From the NCBI GenBank assembly GCA_001724265.1, contig MEDY01000103.1, forward strand, positions 57,470 to 77,469: a stretch of DNA of 20,000 nucleotides, in the 5' to 3' direction. How positions within the stretch are numbered: position 1 is the stretch's first letter; each line of letters begins with the position of its first letter. Shown piece by piece: positions 17,003-20,000 of this stretch. A program made the position numbers and the translations under genes. The notes beneath the pieces are model-generated. The model saw nothing but the letters and a program-made list of their open reading frames with translations. It had not been told where the DNA came from and did not search any database. This stretch comes from Rhizaria sp. SCN 62-66. Lineage: Eukaryota.

Positions 17003-19767
17003 ATGTTATACCAACCGGGCACCTTGCTAAGAGTTGTCCTGAACAACCCCCCAAACCTTCCCGTCGTCGCGTACACGGGATCGATAGGTGTTGATGGCGC
17101 ATACATTGCTGCTCGCATTGTACCCGCTTTTATGTCTGCCTGTTTGTCTGTGATTCCGCTTGAGACAGTCGCCTCGCTCTCCTGTCCGCACCTCTTCGCC
17201 GCCGACATACTGGGCCAACCGACTCGCGCGTAGCTGTCCATTGCGCCTTCGTCATAGCCCGAGCCGATGGTGTTGCAGCTGGCACTCGAGGCCCGCGCAG
17301 CCGCCTTCGCTGCACGCCCGCTGATTGAGGCGCAGAGTACGCACGCGCCGTCTCTGGCCGCGCTCGTGGCCGTCGTGGCCGACGCCCTCGCTGCCACCGC
17401 GCTGCTGCCGCGCTACCTCTTCCCTGCTGCGCCCCGCGGCGCCGGCGCGGACGGGGTGGGCGCCTCGGTCTCAGTGGTTAGCGCGCTGCGGGCTCACGCG
17501 GCCGCGCTGTCGGAAAGCGCGGAGACGCCTGGAGCTGAGGGCGCAGCAGTCCTCGTGAGCGCAGACCCAGCTGCCGCGGAGCTCGAGATACTAACTACGT
17601 ACGTGACCTATGGCTGAACATGTTTGAATTAATCATGGATTGCCGTCATATGATTGTCAACTGCTGCATCTGTATCCACTCATTGCTTAAGCTACACATA
17701 TCCCCCACATCTCTCGTTTCCCTCTTCTCCCCGCCTCGCAGCGACGGCGTGCACTCGGCGTGCCTGCTGATCCGCGCGCGCCCCGGCTACCCGTTCACGC
17801 CGCCCCGTGTCACGCTTGCTCCGCCCCGCGTTGCGCCCGCGCTCCCGCGCACGTCCCCCGTTGCGGGCGACGTCACTGCGCTGCTGCGGCCCCTGTACCC
17901 GCGCTTCCTGCCCCTGCCCGCGCCGCCGCTCGCGCTCCATACCGCTCATGGCGCCGCAAGCTCTCGCGCGAGCTCTAACGCAGGCGCAGACGCGGATGCT
18001 GCGGCGCGGTGGAGCGACCCCGCGTTGGCGGCACCGCGGTGGCCCGCGGCCGCGGCTGCGGCGTGGGCGCGCGAGCTGCTGCGGCGGCGCGGCGCCCTGG
18101 CCTCGCTCGCCGCGCTGGCCGCGCTCGCGGACCTGGGGCCGCTGCTGCGCTGCTACGGCCGACACCAGCGCCGCGCCGGCGACGGCAGTGGTGCGGACGC
18201 CGGTGGCGGGTGTGACGCAGACGCGCCGCTGCTTGGGCTGCTGCGCTCTGTTGACAGGCTGAACGCCGGCTGCGCCGCGAGCGGTGCCTGCGACTGCGTC
18301 AACGCCTGCGAGTGCGGGCGCGAGCTCCCTGGCGACGTTGCGCCCGAGCTGCCGTGGTGGTGGCGGCGGCTCCGCTGGTGGCACCCCTCGACCTTGACCT
18401 CGGCCTCGGCCGCGGCCTCTGCCTCTGCCCTCGACACTGTCACTGCCACTGCGGCGGCGGCTCCGGTGGCCGCGCCTCCACTTCCACACCCGCTGCGCCG
18501 CTTCCTGCTGTTTGCGCCCCCGTCCGCCGGCGGGGCGCTGCTGCTTGCTGCCGTCACCCTCACCGTTCCCGACATGGAGACGGGCGATAACCCTGGCGAT
18601 GCCGCTAGTGCCGGAGTGCGCGCTGCCGCTGCCGCTGCCGCCGGTGGCCTTGCGCTGGAGCTGGCCGTGGCCGCGCTGCCGCCGCCACCAGGCTGGGGAG
18701 CCGGCGCGGGCGCAGCGGTGCTCTCGTGCGGCGGCGCCGAGCGGCTCTGTCGGCGCCTGGGCCGCCGCTGGGTGAGTCTGCAGGCGCAAGCGCGCTCCCA
18801 GTTGCGGCCGCAGGCACGGCCACAGCTGCAGTCGCGCGCTCGGTCGTTTGTGGCGCTGGCGCAGGAGCTGACGCTGGCGCAGGTCCAGGTGCGAGCGGCG
18901 CGCTCCACGGCGCACACGCTGACGACCGCGCAGGCCAGCACAGCGGCAGCGACGGGGGCCGAGGCAGAGGCAGAGGCGGAGGCGGAGGCAAGGCCGCCGG
19001 GCGCGCTGCTGCTGGCGCGGTGGCTCGAGCGCGCGCTGGGCGTGGCCGTCGTCAGCGCCGTCGGCAGCCTGGGCGACGACGACGTCGCGGGTAGCCGCGG
19101 CGTCGACCGCCGGCGCGAGCTTGACGCCGACGCTGACGCTGTGGGCAGCGACGGCGACAGCAACGGCGAGGACGACGGCGACGGCGCCTGCGAGTGGGAC
19201 TGGGACTGGGACAGCGGGCCCGAGGGCGCGCGCCTTTACCCGCCGCCGCAGTCGCAGCCGACGGCGCATACTGGCTCCAGCTCGTCAGCGCCGCTGGCTT
19301 TCGCCAGTGTCAACGCGATGGCAGATGACGCCACTGCGGAGACGTGCGACATCTGCTTCCAGCCCACCGACGTGGGGACGCCGGGCGCGCTGCCCGCGGT
19401 GCGGTGCGCCGCGCCGCGCTGCCGCAAGGCGTTCCACGCGTCCTGCGTGGGCGCCGGCGACGCCTGCGCCGGCCCGGCCGCCAGCGCCCTTGCTGGCGCG
19501 CGCGCGGGCGCAGCTGACGATGGGCAGGAAGACGGCTACGACGTCATGATGCTCCTCGGCAGCAGCGGCGCTGGCGCGGGCTGGGGCCAGGGCCGCGGCG
19601 GCAGCGGCCTCAATCTCGGTTTCGGACTCGGCCTGGGGCTGGGGCTGGGCGGGGGCGTGGCTGGCGCAAGTGGCGTTGGTGCCGGTGCGGGCACGAGCTG
19701 GGCGCAATGTCCTGCATGCGCGCACGAACTTGTGCCTGATGAGCCGCAATGGCCTGCTACGCGTTAA
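17003..19767 (+). CDS. FANCL: FANCL-like E3 ubiquitin ligase (ELF, double-RWD, C-terminal RING/PHD-like), about 873 aa; exons 17003-17598 (in-frame TAG at 17231 and 17255) and 17742-19767; stop TAA
   Basis: Collinear FANCL-like blocks: AYTGSIGVDGAYIAARIVP (cf. YEGFIS..RIVLP), ASLSC, HAPSLAAL (cf. HSPDL), DGVHSACLLIRARPGYP..P (cf. GREH..YP..P), LRSVD, WWHP..RR, LERALGV, and RING CDIC..LPAVRC.APRCRKAFHASC...CPAC. Confidence 0.75.
17599..17741 (+). other. Intron of FANCL-like gene (143 nt, phase 2)
   Basis: AC|GTACGT...ccccgcctcgcAG|C; join reads LEILTT-DGVHSAC in frame. Confidence 0.88.
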
Positions 19768-20000
19768 ATCGGCGTAACACCTACATCTTCTTCCTTCTTA
19801 GAATCGTACGTGTACATAGCTCGTTATATAGTCACTGTTTTAATTATATGCAAGTTCACTCAATTAAATACTCCGATCATACATATTTCATTTATCAAAT
19901 TGTAACCATCGGTCCGTCGTAGGATGGCGCGCCGACGATTTTCGCTCCGCGCGGGCCCGTCGGAAATTCCCGGAACTTTTCTTTGCCTAATAAAGACCAT

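Noticed and set aside
17230-17257. 28-nt GT..AG mini-intron removing both FANCL TAGs
   Set aside because: Not a multiple of 3, so it causes a frameshift; lacks the +5 G seen in all eight other donors; far shorter than the 124-174 nt introns.
176-17741. Non-canonical introns or introner elements
   Set aside because: All eight introns resolve as GT-AG with +5 G, and I see no shared internal sequence or terminal repeats among them.
17003-19767. FANCL-like gene or UBA5 as pseudogenes
   Set aside because: No frameshifts or TAA/TGA interruptions; splice sites, catalytic Cys and Zn ligands are intact; the lesions are exclusively TAG. Disfavoured rather than excluded.

Overview
Gene-dense eukaryotic (protist-like) nuclear DNA with very GC-rich, Ala/Gly-rich exons separated by short AT-rich GT-AG introns (124-174 nt) and short intergenic spacers. 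Six genes can be reconstructed by hand: a CEP135/BLD10-like centriolar coiled-coil protein (-, runs off the window start), a mitochondrial succinate-semialdehyde dehydrogenase (+), a stand-alone mRNA-capping guanylyltransferase (-), UBA5 (-), a large low-complexity protein with RPxTA/RPxSA motifs (+) and a FANCL-like E3 ligase (+). Main observation: two independent, otherwise intact conserved genes (UBA5 exon 1, FANCL exon 1) carry three in-frame TAG codons, while all five visible true stops are TAA or TGA. This points to a non-canonical nuclear genetic code in which UAG alone is a sense codon. Family assignments rest on motifs recalled from memory; no database search was run.
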